A stretch of 64,000 nucleotides of DNA. Source: a bacterium. GTDB taxonomy: Bacteria > UBA10199 > 2-02-FULL-44-16 > JAAZCA01. The notes beneath the pieces were generated by a model. That model made no database searches, was not told the DNA's origin, and saw only the letters and a program-made list of their open reading frames with translations. Where the stretch lies: NCBI GenBank assembly GCA_963674695.2, contig CAXXGI010000001.1, positions 544,001 to 608,000 on the forward strand. The letters are read 5' to 3'. A program made the position numbers and the translations under genes. Of the stretch, positions 9,779 through 18,331 are shown in pieces; the first letter of the stretch is position 1, and each line of letters starts with the position of its first letter.

Positions 9779-10543
9779 TCAATCGAAGTGCGGCGCGACG
9801 CCATCGGGCATCGACTGGGAGCTGGAGTCAATCGTGGAGGGCTCCTCCGTGGCAGCTGGATTTCCGACTTCGATCGAGGAACCCTCCCCCTCGTCGAGCG
9901 AGATAAGCGTGAAGGAGATCGCCCCATCGCTGACGGTATAGCCCATCACCGCCACATCGCCATCCTTGTCGAACTCGATCTGTCCGGGTTCGAGGATGCG
10001 CCACCCACCGCGCGTGATCACATCGCCCCCCTCGTCGACGAAGAAACCGGAGGGGAGGAAGGTGATGTAGGGCGAAGAGGCGGTGACGGTCATCAGCTCT
10101 TCGCTTTCGGCCGCCGGCAACGAGCCTTCATCGGCACTTTCTGAACTCGGCACCGCATCCCAGCTATCCATCACATCGTCCTGCGCATTGACCTGTTTGC
10201 CCTTGCGCTGTGCCGCGACGGGATCATCACCCTCATCCGGCGCGACCGTGCCGCCGACGGTTTCCTCTACGGGATCATCATCTCCGTGCTGCGGCCGTTC
10301 ATAGTCCGGAACCGGCTGGATGCGCCCCTCGTAGGACTCGGACATCTCGACGACCGTGTCGGCATCGACATTCTCGCCCACCCCGACCTCGCGCGCGCTC
10401 AGGTTAAACCCGCTCATGGCAGCGATGCGATAGCGACCGCCCTCGATGAGCTTCGTCTCATCCTCGCTCATGCCGCCCTTTTCACAGGCGGTGAAGATGA
10501 AGGCGATCGTTGCGATCAGGATGACGATTGCGTTGCGTTTCAT
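9779..10543 (-). CDS. Acidic lipoprotein (paralog of 12334-13035)
   Basis: Lipobox FTAC after signal peptide; GGAGG RBS; shared blocks with the 12334-13035 protein. Confidence 0.75.
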   Translation of the reverse strand: MKRNAIVILIATIAFIFTACEKGGMSEDETKLIEGGRYRIAAMSGFNLSAREVGVGENVDADTVVEMSESYEGRIQPVPDYERPQHGDDDPVEETVGGTVAPDEGDDPVAAQRKGKQVNAQDDVMDSWDAVPSSESADEGSLPAAESEELMTVTASSPYITFLPSGFFVDEGGDVITRGGWRILEPGQIEFDKDGDVAVMGYTVSDGAISFTLISLDEGEGSSIEVGNPAATEEPSTIDSSSQSMPDGVAPHFD

Positions 10544-10597
10544 TTGGTACCTCCATGATTTCGTCTCTTTTTACATCCGACACCACACCGTATTACT

Positions 10598-10613
10598 CTC
10601 AATGATCGTGCCA
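10598..10613 (-). promoter_or_regulatory. Possible sigma54 promoter (variant -12)
   Basis: Minus strand TGGCACGATCATTGAG; -24 perfect, -12 TTGA instead of TTGC. Confidence 0.35.
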
Positions 10614-10662
10614 ACACGCCGATTATGTATCTCGTCTGTCTGGAAAAGACGATTTTTACCGA

Positions 10663-10768
10663 TTGTTGTCATTCCCGCGAAGGCCGGAATCCCGAAGTAC
10701 TTGAAAAATCGAGATTTTCGCCGGAGTTTACCCTCGAGTGATTTAATCGGGGGCGGGAATGACAACAA
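10663..10768. repeat. REP-like palindrome pair, type A (GTCATTCCCGC...GCGGGAATGAC) with loop insert
   Basis: GTCATTCCCGCGAAGGCCGGAATC ... GGCGGGAATGAC; family repeated about 9 times in the window. Confidence 0.8.
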
Positions 10769-10846
10769 AACCCTATTCGACAGGCTCTATTTGTTCAATA
10801 AACGGGGCAAAGATTCCACTCATTCTGAGAATCTCACCTTCAGCCG

Positions 10847-11425
10847 TCATCCGTTTGACGCCCCTGCCAACTCCTCATCGGTAAAAAGCAGCGATTCGAC
10901 GATGGAGATAAAGTCGTCCATGATCGCCTGACCCTGGGCCTCGGTCGTGGCGACGATCTCGATGCGCAGGATCGCGATCTGCGTCCCGTCGGTGGCGTAA
11001 TAGAAGAAGGGATAGGCGCCGTTTGCCTCCGGCGTCTGTTGCGAAACGCCCGCGCCCTCCATCCCCTCCTCGGAAAAAAATTCGACGACATCGTCGGCAT
11101 GGCGCGCGTTGACATAGTCGGTGAAACTCGTGCCCGCTGGCAGCGTGTCGATGAGCGCCACGAAGTTGGAATCATCCTTCGTAAAATACGCGACGATCTT
11201 CGCGCTGCCGAGCGGATCGGTATAGACCTCCGGCCCCGGCGTCCCCTCCACCGTATAGTCCACATACGTCCAGCCCGGCGGAAGGGTGAGCTGTACGCCA
11301 TCCTCCTTGTCGATGTAGACCGAGCTCTCGTCGATCGGGTTGGTCACCTCGGTCCCGCGCTGCGTACAGGCCGACAGAGAAAGAATGATGACGAATACGC
11401 CGATGATGATGCGTTTCAATTCCAT
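10847..11425 (-). CDS. Lipoprotein with GTEVTNP motif, coupled to the TIGR02147 gene
   Basis: Lipobox LSAC then TQRGTEVTNP; start overlaps the end of 11416-12258. Confidence 0.75.
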   Translation of the reverse strand: MELKRIIIGVFVIILSLSACTQRGTEVTNPIDESSVYIDKEDGVQLTLPPGWTYVDYTVEGTPGPEVYTDPLGSAKIVAYFTKDDSNFVALIDTLPAGTSFTDYVNARHADDVVEFFSEEGMEGAGVSQQTPEANGAYPFFYYATDGTQIAILRIEIVATTEAQGQAIMDDFISIVESLLFTDEELAGASNG

Positions 11426-12258
11426 TGGGCCTCCGAGAGCGGAAAGAGCTGAAAGTTCATCTGACAGACGACGTCTTTGCGTTCGGCCTTCGACGCCAGG
11501 TCGTGGATCTCGTGACGACAGCGTTCGATCGCCGCGCGCATCTTCTCGAACGTGGCGCGATCGATGCCGACGGTGAGTGCGGAGAGATCGCGGTCGGCGG
11601 CGCGACTCCCATCGATCGACTCGATCGCCTTGGCAAACATCTGTCGATAGAAGGCGTTGACCGCCACCGAAAAGAGGCGCGGCTCGCAGACGATATCGGC
11701 CTCGGTTTGCGTCAGGCGACCATTCGTATCGCGCGCGAGAAGCCCCAGGTCGATAAGCAGCGCGATGGCGCGATCGACGGCCACAGCAGAGAGCTTTGTG
11801 CCGAGCTGCGCGTTGATCCAGACGGCATTCTCTTCAAACTCGGAAAGTCCCACGAGTTCGCGGATGGCCACGTGATACCACTTGGCCAGATACTCGTAGC
11901 GCTCGGCCTCGACCGCCTTCACCTGCGTGCGATGGCGCAGGCGCGAAATGATCGCCATCTGCGCCGCGCGCTCTTGGCCCGTCTTGGCCTGTTCAAACCC
12001 GACAAGCGCCGTGAAGTATTCGCGTTCGAGCCTATTGAGTTTGAGCGCCCCTAACAGTTTTTCCTGTGCGCGCCTTCCCAGATTGCGTTTGCCGTCCATG
12101 ACGAGTTTTAAAAAGTTGGGGGAAGCAAACCCACAGGTGCGCACGAAGACGCGGTGCGAAAATCCTTTCTGCGTGTTTTTTTTCAGTTCGTAGAGATCGC
12201 GCAGATAGATGCGATAGCTCGTATACTCGAAAAGGTTGATATCGATTGCGGGCATCAT
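11416..12258 (-). CDS. TIGR02147 / DUF4423 family protein
   Basis: LFEYTSYRIYLRDLY, FSHR..GFASPNFLKLVMDGKRNL (HTH-like), WYHVAIREL, RDLSALT, QMNFQLFPL. Confidence 0.9.
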   Translation of the reverse strand: MMPAIDINLFEYTSYRIYLRDLYELKKNTQKGFSHRVFVRTCGFASPNFLKLVMDGKRNLGRRAQEKLLGALKLNRLEREYFTALVGFEQAKTGQERAAQMAIISRLRHRTQVKAVEAERYEYLAKWYHVAIRELVGLSEFEENAVWINAQLGTKLSAVAVDRAIALLIDLGLLARDTNGRLTQTEADIVCEPRLFSVAVNAFYRQMFAKAIESIDGSRAADRDLSALTVGIDRATFEKMRAAIERCRHEIHDLASKAERKDVVCQMNFQLFPLSEAQWN

Positions 12259-12333
12259 GCATCCCCCATGCAGGCCCGCCCACCCCGCGTTTGCGGCGGG
12301 GTGAACGGGGGCTGCGTCTCCATTATACTGTAC

Positions 12334-13035
12334 TCACAGCATATCCGCGCCTGAAAAAACGGTCTCCGAGCCCTCGATGTAGGTGAGCGCAATCTCGCTG
12401 CCGTCGAGCGTATAGGCGAAGGTGAACTCGTAGCGCTCCAGCGTGATTTCGAGAACGCCCTCGCTCGTAACGCTCCACTCCGTGCCTGTGACCGTCTCGC
12501 CCGCATCCCGGTCGCGGCCGAACTCATAGCCCTGCTCGCCGAACTGGATGGTGAGCGGGATCGCATCCTCGGAGGAAACCGCATCGCTTCCGGTCTGGTG
12601 TGAAACCTCGGCGCAATCCACCGGTTCATCATGTACGTCCCGGTCACAGCGGCAGTCGCAATGACAGCAGCAACCGCGCTCAACTCCCTCGGCCGACGGC
12701 GTCGGATCCAACGCCTGATCCTCGTCCGTCGGCATCGCCTCCGGAATGTCAGTGCCGACCACGTCGCCGTCGTTTTCGGGCAAAACGTCGTCATCATATA
12801 AGCGCTGTGCCGAAACGCTGTTGCTGCTCGCGGAATCTTCGAAATGCAGGCCGCTCGCGTCGATCGAAAATCCGTTCGTCTCGACGATGGTCAGCCGCCC
12901 CGCGTCGATGAGCGCCTGTTCGGCATCGATGAGACCGGATGGAGTGCCGCCTCCCATGCCACAGCCCATGAGCCCGAGCCCTGCGATAACTGTTGCCGCC
13001 ATCCCGACCATCCGTTTCGTCCATATCCTTTTCAT
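12334..13035 (-). CDS. Acidic lipoprotein with internal Cys cluster (paralog of 9779-10543)
   Basis: Start MKRIWTKR after GGAGG; lipobox LMGC; GCCCHCDCRCD insert. Confidence 0.75.
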   Translation of the reverse strand: MKRIWTKRMVGMAATVIAGLGLMGCGMGGGTPSGLIDAEQALIDAGRLTIVETNGFSIDASGLHFEDSASSNSVSAQRLYDDDVLPENDGDVVGTDIPEAMPTDEDQALDPTPSAEGVERGCCCHCDCRCDRDVHDEPVDCAEVSHQTGSDAVSSEDAIPLTIQFGEQGYEFGRDRDAGETVTGTEWSVTSEGVLEITLERYEFTFAYTLDGSEIALTYIEGSETVFSGADML

Positions 13036-13084
13036 GACCGCCTCCTGGTGTTGGTGAAGATATTCCCCCCGATTCACACCTGGA

Positions 13085-13113
13085 TTATCGGCCGTCGTCC
13101 AGCGCGAGTTGCG
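13085..13113 (-). promoter_or_regulatory. Recurrent promoter-like motif, copy C
   Basis: Minus strand CGCAACT-N14-GCCGATAA upstream of ATG 13035. Confidence 0.6.
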
Positions 13114-13129
13114 CCCAAAAAGAACAATA

Positions 13130-13244
13130 TGTATTCATTTTTGAATACAAGATTTGAGATGAATACATAATAACACATATAAAATCATATTGTTATAACA
13201 ACTTCGCCTTAATTAATAAAAATAACAGCCTGAATATGAATACA
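13130..13244. promoter_or_regulatory. Candidate operator: TGTATTCA-N4-TGAATACA palindrome plus extra TGAATACA half-sites
   Basis: Palindrome 13130-13149, half-sites at 13160-13167 and 13237-13244 in an AT-rich region. Confidence 0.5.
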
Positions 13245-13312
13245 GCCACCGCTGGTCAAGTCCGGCTCAATCGTTTGACAACTCCCATCCGAAAATGACG
13301 ATTTCTCCGATT

Positions 13313-13413
13313 TTTGTCATTCCCGCTCCCGATTCAATCATTCGAGGGCAGGCTCCAGCGGGAATCTCGAAGTACTTGAAAAATCGAGATTCCCGCCTCC
13401 GCGGGAATGACAA
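13313..13413. repeat. REP-like palindrome pair, type A with loop insert
   Basis: GTCATTCCCGC-[TCCCGATTCAATCATTCGAGGGCAGGCTCCA]-GCGGGAATC ... GATTCCCGCCTCCGCGGGAATGAC. Confidence 0.8.
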
Positions 13414-13636
13414 CCTTCGGTTTTCGGGAATGACAACCTTCGGGTTCGGGAATGACAACCTTCGGGTTCGGGAATGACAACCTTCGGGTTCGGGAATGAC
13501 AACCTTCGGGTTCGGGAATGACAACCTTCGGGTTCGGGAATGACAACCTTCGGGTTCGGGAATGACAACCTTCGGGTTCGGGAATGACAACCTTCGGGTT
13601 CGGGAATGACAACCTTCGGGTTTCGGGAATGACAAC
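13403..13636. repeat. Tandem array of a 22-bp unit GGGAATGACAACCTTCGGGTTC
   Basis: 11 copies of GGGAATGACAAC separated by near-identical CTTCGGGTTC; begins at the right end of the REP. Confidence 0.95.
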
Positions 13637-13728
13637 ATGAGCCGCCTCCCGGACAGGAACGAGATAACGCCGGGGCATCGATGCGATTCACTCGACAAAC
13701 CGAGCAGTTTTCGCGATGACCCTCTTCC

Positions 13729-14628
13729 ATGTATGCCATCGGAATAGCGGCGGGTTTGGCCACCGCCCTGTGTTGGGCCGGCTGCGCGATGTTCTTCACC
13801 TCGAGCTCGCGCCGCATCGGCGTCTTTGCGATGAACAACTGGCGCGTGCTCTTCGGCGCGCTGATGCTCATCGTCGCGCACCTGATCATCATGGGCACGC
13901 CGATTCCCACGGCAACGCGCGAGCAGTGGATCCTGCTCATCGCCAGCGGACTGATGGGCATCTTCATCGGCGACACCTTCCTCTTTCAGGCCCTGCACGA
14001 TCTCGGCCCGCGCATCGGGCTGGCGCTCTTCAATATGATGCCCTTCATGACCGCGCTCCTGGCGTGGGCGATCCTCGGCGAAACGCTTTCGGCGCAGGCC
14101 TGGATCGGGATCGCCGTGACGGTTGCGGGCGCAACCCTCGTACTCTTCGAGGAACACCGCAGCGATCCGGCGGTGCGCAAACCGCGCATCCTGCGCGGCG
14201 TCCTGCTGTCGCTGGCCGCCTCGATCACCTGCGGTCTGGGCTATGTCATCGCCAAGCCGGCGCTCGAAGGAACCGCCGGCGCCGATCCCCTCTCGGCCAC
14301 ACTCATCCGCGTGGCCGCAGCGGTCATCGGCTACTGGCTGGCCGCCCTCACGGGCGGACGCGTGCGCCGCGTGGCCGGCTTCGCCCGCGACCGCCGTGCG
14401 ATGACCTACCTCGTCGTGGGCGCCCTGCTGGGCCCGTTCGGCGGAATCTGGCTCTCGATGGTGGCGCTCAAATTCGTACCGTCCGGAATTGCCTCGACGC
14501 TCTTTGCCACCATGCCCGTCCTCATCCTGCCGATGGTGGCCATCGCCTACCGCGAGCGCATCACCTGGCGCGCCGCGCTCGGTGCGGTCATCACCGTAAT
14601 CGGCGTGGCGGTCCTGGCCAACGCTTGA
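13729..14628 (+). CDS. DMT/EamA family transporter
   Basis: About 10 TM helices, two EamA halves (ILGETLS...IG, YRERITWR...G). Confidence 0.9.
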   Translation: MYAIGIAAGLATALCWAGCAMFFTSSSRRIGVFAMNNWRVLFGALMLIVAHLIIMGTPIPTATREQWILLIASGLMGIFIGDTFLFQALHDLGPRIGLALFNMMPFMTALLAWAILGETLSAQAWIGIAVTVAGATLVLFEEHRSDPAVRKPRILRGVLLSLAASITCGLGYVIAKPALEGTAGADPLSATLIRVAAAVIGYWLAALTGGRVRRVAGFARDRRAMTYLVVGALLGPFGGIWLSMVALKFVPSGIASTLFATMPVLILPMVAIAYRERITWRAALGAVITVIGVAVLANA

Positions 14629-14726
14629 GTCAGAGTTATCCGACCGCGCAAACCAAATGAAATCGCCGCACTTTCCTGCACGAGATGCTTGTCGTGAGCG
14701 TCCAAGACGTATAAAACAATAGTGCT

Positions 14727-17700
14727 ATGCCTTCCGAAATGCCCCCGCGGCGAGACACGAGCATCGAGCTGAGCATGGACGAGTCGCAGAACCGTCGACT
14801 CGCTGCCATCATGTTCACCGACATCAAGGGGTTCTCGTCCATCATGGAGACGGATGAGAGCACCGCCGTCGGGATGGTGAAAGCCCAGCGCGAGATCATC
14901 CGCCGACAGATCGCTCTGCATCAGGGGGAAGAACGCGAGACGATCGGCGATGCGTTTCTCGTCATCTTCGAGAGTGCGATCAACGCCGTCCAGTGCGCCA
15001 TCGACATCCAGCGCGAAATTCTGAAGTATAATCAGGAGCGCGAAGAGGAGAAACACGTCTGGGTGCGCATCGGCATCCACCTGGGCGACATCATCGTCGA
15101 GGAGGGCTCGATCTTCGGCGGCGGCGTAAACCTGGCCGCGCGCGTGGAACCGCTGGCCGAGCCCGGCGGTGTTTGCATCACGCAGCAGGTCCTCGACCAG
15201 GTCAAGCACCACATCGACATCGCGGTCAAACGCCTCTCGATCAAAGAGCTCAAGAACATCACCGACATCCCGGCGCTCTATCACATCATCCTGGATACGG
15301 TCGCGCCGCGCGGACCGCTCACCATCAAGGAACGCCTTCAGGAGTTCTTCGAATCGCCGCTGCACATCGCGCTCGTCGCGGGCGGAGGGAGCCTGCTTCT
15401 GCTCATCCTCCTCTGGTGGTTCTTCCTGGCGACCCATACGAGCTATGCCCGCCAAATCGCTCTCCTGCGTCACGAACCCAAGGCACGCTTCACCATCGGA
15501 AGCGGACAGGCGCAGAAGCTGACCGACTTCTATCGGCTGACCAAGCGTGGCACGCGCGTGAAGCAGGTGGATCACATCACAAAACCCAAGACGACGCCGG
15601 AGCAGAACCATCCACAGTGGCGCGTCGGCATCATGCGTGCGGTCCATCGGGACGACCCGCTGACCCACTACGCCTATGACCGCGGGCGCATCTCCGAACA
15701 GAGTTTCTCCGATGCCTTCGGAGCATTTCACTATAAGCTCATCTTCACCGAGGGCGGGAAGCTCTCGACGGCGCGGGACAACTCTGGTTTTGTCATGACG
15801 TTTGAAAACCAGATCGCAGGCTATCGCTACGACTTTGACGATCGCGGCCGCGTGATCGAACGACAGAACCGCAACGCCTTCGGATGGCTGCGCGACGACA
15901 ACGACGGTGTGGCGATCTATCGCTATCGCTACAATAGCGACGACCTGCCCACCGACATCAGCCGCTTCGACGCCAGCGGAAACCCGATCGAAGACAAACA
16001 GGGCATCTCGGTTACGAAACTCGCATATAACGACCAGGGGCTGGTGACCAAAGAGACCTATCACGATCGCTACGGCTCGGTGCGCGAGGCGCGCAACGGC
16101 GTGGCCATCGTGGAGCGACTCTATGACAAACCCGGACGATTGGTGCGAGAGAGCTATTTCGACCGTTCGGCCCGTGCCGCGACGAACACCGATGGTGCCT
16201 GCGCGCTGCTCTTTATACGCGACAAGGCCGGACGCGCGACGCGCGAAACGACGCTGAGCTGCGCTGGTCAACCCAAGACCTCGCGGCAGGGCTATGCCAT
16301 GCGCGCCCTCGAATACGAGGGCGACAACCTCGTGGGCATTCGCTATCTCGATCAGGAGGGAAAACCCGACGACGACGATCGCGGCGTGTCCATCGTGCGC
16401 ATCGCCCATGACGATGCCGGACGCATTACGGAATTGAACTTCTTCGGCCCCGATGAACAACCGGTCGCCGCCAGCGACCAAGCGCATGCCATCCGTTTTC
16501 GCTATAACGAGGACGGCCGCCCGTTGAGCTCCACCATCATCGGACTCAACGGAAAGCCGACGATCGGCGCTGAGGGATATGCGCAGTTTCGTTTCCAGTA
16601 TAACGACCGTGGCGATGTGGTCGAATGGGCCTACTTCGACGCCGAGGGGGATCTCACCAACATCCATGAGGGATTTGCGGTCGTCAAAACCCTCTACGAT
16701 CAATTCGGCAACCAGGTCTCAAAATCCATGTTCGATCGTGAAGGCAATCCCGCCATGGGGCGTGCGGAGAGCTGCCATCGGATGGAATTCACCTACGACA
16801 ACAAGGGCAACCTCGCCGAAACGCGTTGTTTCGATGGAACCGGAAGTCTGACCCCCGGCCTCAAGAGCTGCGCGATTACCAAGACAGAGTACAATACCAT
16901 CGGGAAGCTCTCGCGCGTGGAGTGTTACGTCGATGAGGGCAAGCTCATCGACGTCCCCAACCTCCCCTCCGTGCTCACGGCCAAATACGATAAACACGGC
17001 TACACCTCTGAGGTGCGTGCCTTCGATGCGGAGGGCAACCCCGCCGAGCGCTATCAGGGAGCGGCTATCTGGCGCGCCAAGTCCGATGCCTACGGCAACG
17101 AAATCGAGATCGCCACCTATGACGGCAACGGCAACTTAATCGACAACCCGCGCTACGGCGCGGCCATCTTCCGTCGCGAATTCGACAACCGCGGAAACCA
17201 ACTGCGCATCCAGGCCTTCAACATGGAGAATAAGCCCACCCGCGGCAATTGGGGTTTTGCCGAAATCAGATCCACCTACAACGAGCGCGGGCAGCAGACC
17301 TCCGAGGCCTATTTCAACGAGGAGGGAGAGCCGACGGAGAACTGGCAGGGCGTGCACGATTCGCGGCGTGCCTACGACGATCGTGGTCGCCTGGTGGAAC
17401 ACGCCTTCTTCGACGATGAGGGAAAACCCGTAGAGAACGCCCAAGGGGTCGCCGCCATTCGCTATACCTACGACAAGTGGGACTGGGTCACCGGCATCGA
17501 CTATCTGGGCGACGACGGCCAACCAGCCGTCAACCTATCGTTGCACTGCGCATCAGAACACTACACCAACGATGATCGCGGCAACGTGATCAAGATCGAG
17601 CGCCTGGATACTGCAGGCGCTCTCTGCCGCAATGAAAACTGTATCCCGGTGGTCGAGCAGACCTTCGACACCAACAACCTGATGAACAAGCAGCGATTTC

Positions 17701-18137
17701 ACAGTGCCGATGGAGGGCCGGCCCTCGATGACGAGAATGCCGCCGGCTATGACTATCAGTATGACCAGCAGCGGCGCATCAGCACGGAAGCGGTGATCAG
17801 CGCCGACGGTAAACCAGGGCATGACCGCAGAGGTGTGCACGCCTACCACATCCACTACCGACCCGAATTCGATGACAGCCTCTGGTTTATGACGTTCACC
17901 GACCTGGACGACACACCCATGCGCGCGAAGAACGGCGCGAGCCTCAAGCTCTTTCTCTACGACAAGGCTTACCGTCATCGCCTCATCGCACGCGTCTTCG
18001 TTACCAGCGCTGGGAAAATTGTTGAAACGGAATGCGTGGACAACGCGGGAAACGTCACCGCTGAGAAGGCATGCGCCGACCCCAAGACCGTGAGCGAGGA
18101 GCTCGCGCGAATCAAACCCCTGCTGGAAAAGCCGTAA
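14727..18137 (+). CDS. Class III nucleotidyl cyclase + TM + large extracytoplasmic YD-like repeat domain
   Basis: FTDIKGFS, ETIGDAFL, RIGIHLGD, FGGGVNLAARVE; TM LLLLILLWWFFL; many YDxRG...FDxxGxP repeats; start may be slightly downstream. Confidence 0.85.
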   Translation: MPSEMPPRRDTSIELSMDESQNRRLAAIMFTDIKGFSSIMETDESTAVGMVKAQREIIRRQIALHQGEERETIGDAFLVIFESAINAVQCAIDIQREILKYNQEREEEKHVWVRIGIHLGDIIVEEGSIFGGGVNLAARVEPLAEPGGVCITQQVLDQVKHHIDIAVKRLSIKELKNITDIPALYHIILDTVAPRGPLTIKERLQEFFESPLHIALVAGGGSLLLLILLWWFFLATHTSYARQIALLRHEPKARFTIGSGQAQKLTDFYRLTKRGTRVKQVDHITKPKTTPEQNHPQWRVGIMRAVHRDDPLTHYAYDRGRISEQSFSDAFGAFHYKLIFTEGGKLSTARDNSGFVMTFENQIAGYRYDFDDRGRVIERQNRNAFGWLRDDNDGVAIYRYRYNSDDLPTDISRFDASGNPIEDKQGISVTKLAYNDQGLVTKETYHDRYGSVREARNGVAIVERLYDKPGRLVRESYFDRSARAATNTDGACALLFIRDKAGRATRETTLSCAGQPKTSRQGYAMRALEYEGDNLVGIRYLDQEGKPDDDDRGVSIVRIAHDDAGRITELNFFGPDEQPVAASDQAHAIRFRYNEDGRPLSSTIIGLNGKPTIGAEGYAQFRFQYNDRGDVVEWAYFDAEGDLTNIHEGFAVVKTLYDQFGNQVSKSMFDREGNPAMGRAESCHRMEFTYDNKGNLAETRCFDGTGSLTPGLKSCAITKTEYNTIGKLSRVECYVDEGKLIDVPNLPSVLTAKYDKHGYTSEVRAFDAEGNPAERYQGAAIWRAKSDAYGNEIEIATYDGNGNLIDNPRYGAAIFRREFDNRGNQLRIQAFNMENKPTRGNWGFAEIRSTYNERGQQTSEAYFNEEGEPTENWQGVHDSRRAYDDRGRLVEHAFFDDEGKPVENAQGVAAIRYTYDKWDWVTGIDYLGDDGQPAVNLSLHCASEHYTNDDRGNVIKIERLDTAGALCRNENCIPVVEQTFDTNNLMNKQRFHSADGGPALDDENAAGYDYQYDQQRRISTEAVISADGKPGHDRRGVHAYHIHYRPEFDDSLWFMTFTDLDDTPMRAKNGASLKLFLYDKAYRHRLIARVFVTSAGKIVETECVDNAGNVTAEKACADPKTVSEELARIKPLLEKP

Positions 18138-18174
18138 TCCGTGAACCGTAAACAAGATCGTGTTATACTGCCAA

Positions 18175-18328
18175 GTTCACCGTTCACCGTTCACCGTTCA
18201 CCGTTCACCGTTCACCGTTCACCGTTCACCGTTCACCGTTCACCGTTCACCGTTCACCGTTCACCGTTCACCGTTCACCGTTCACCGTTCACCGTTCACC
18301 GTTCACCGTTCACCGTTCACCGTTCACC
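18175..18328. repeat. Heptamer tandem repeat (GTTCACC)22
   Basis: 154 bp of perfect 7-bp units between convergent genes. Confidence 0.97.
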
Positions 18329-18331
18329 GCA

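Noticed and set aside
13403-13636. CRISPR array
   Set aside because: Intervening segments are 10-11 nt and essentially identical, the unit derives from the adjacent REP end, and no cas genes are present
13267-14157. ORFs with SFPNPKVVIPEPEGCHSRTRR repeats
   Set aside because: Translations of the 22-bp array and REP, antisense to the DMT gene
15460-18137. Rhs polymorphic toxin
   Set aside because: No Rhs core terminator (PxxxxDPxG), no C-terminal toxin or immunity gene; repeats follow a cyclase and TM
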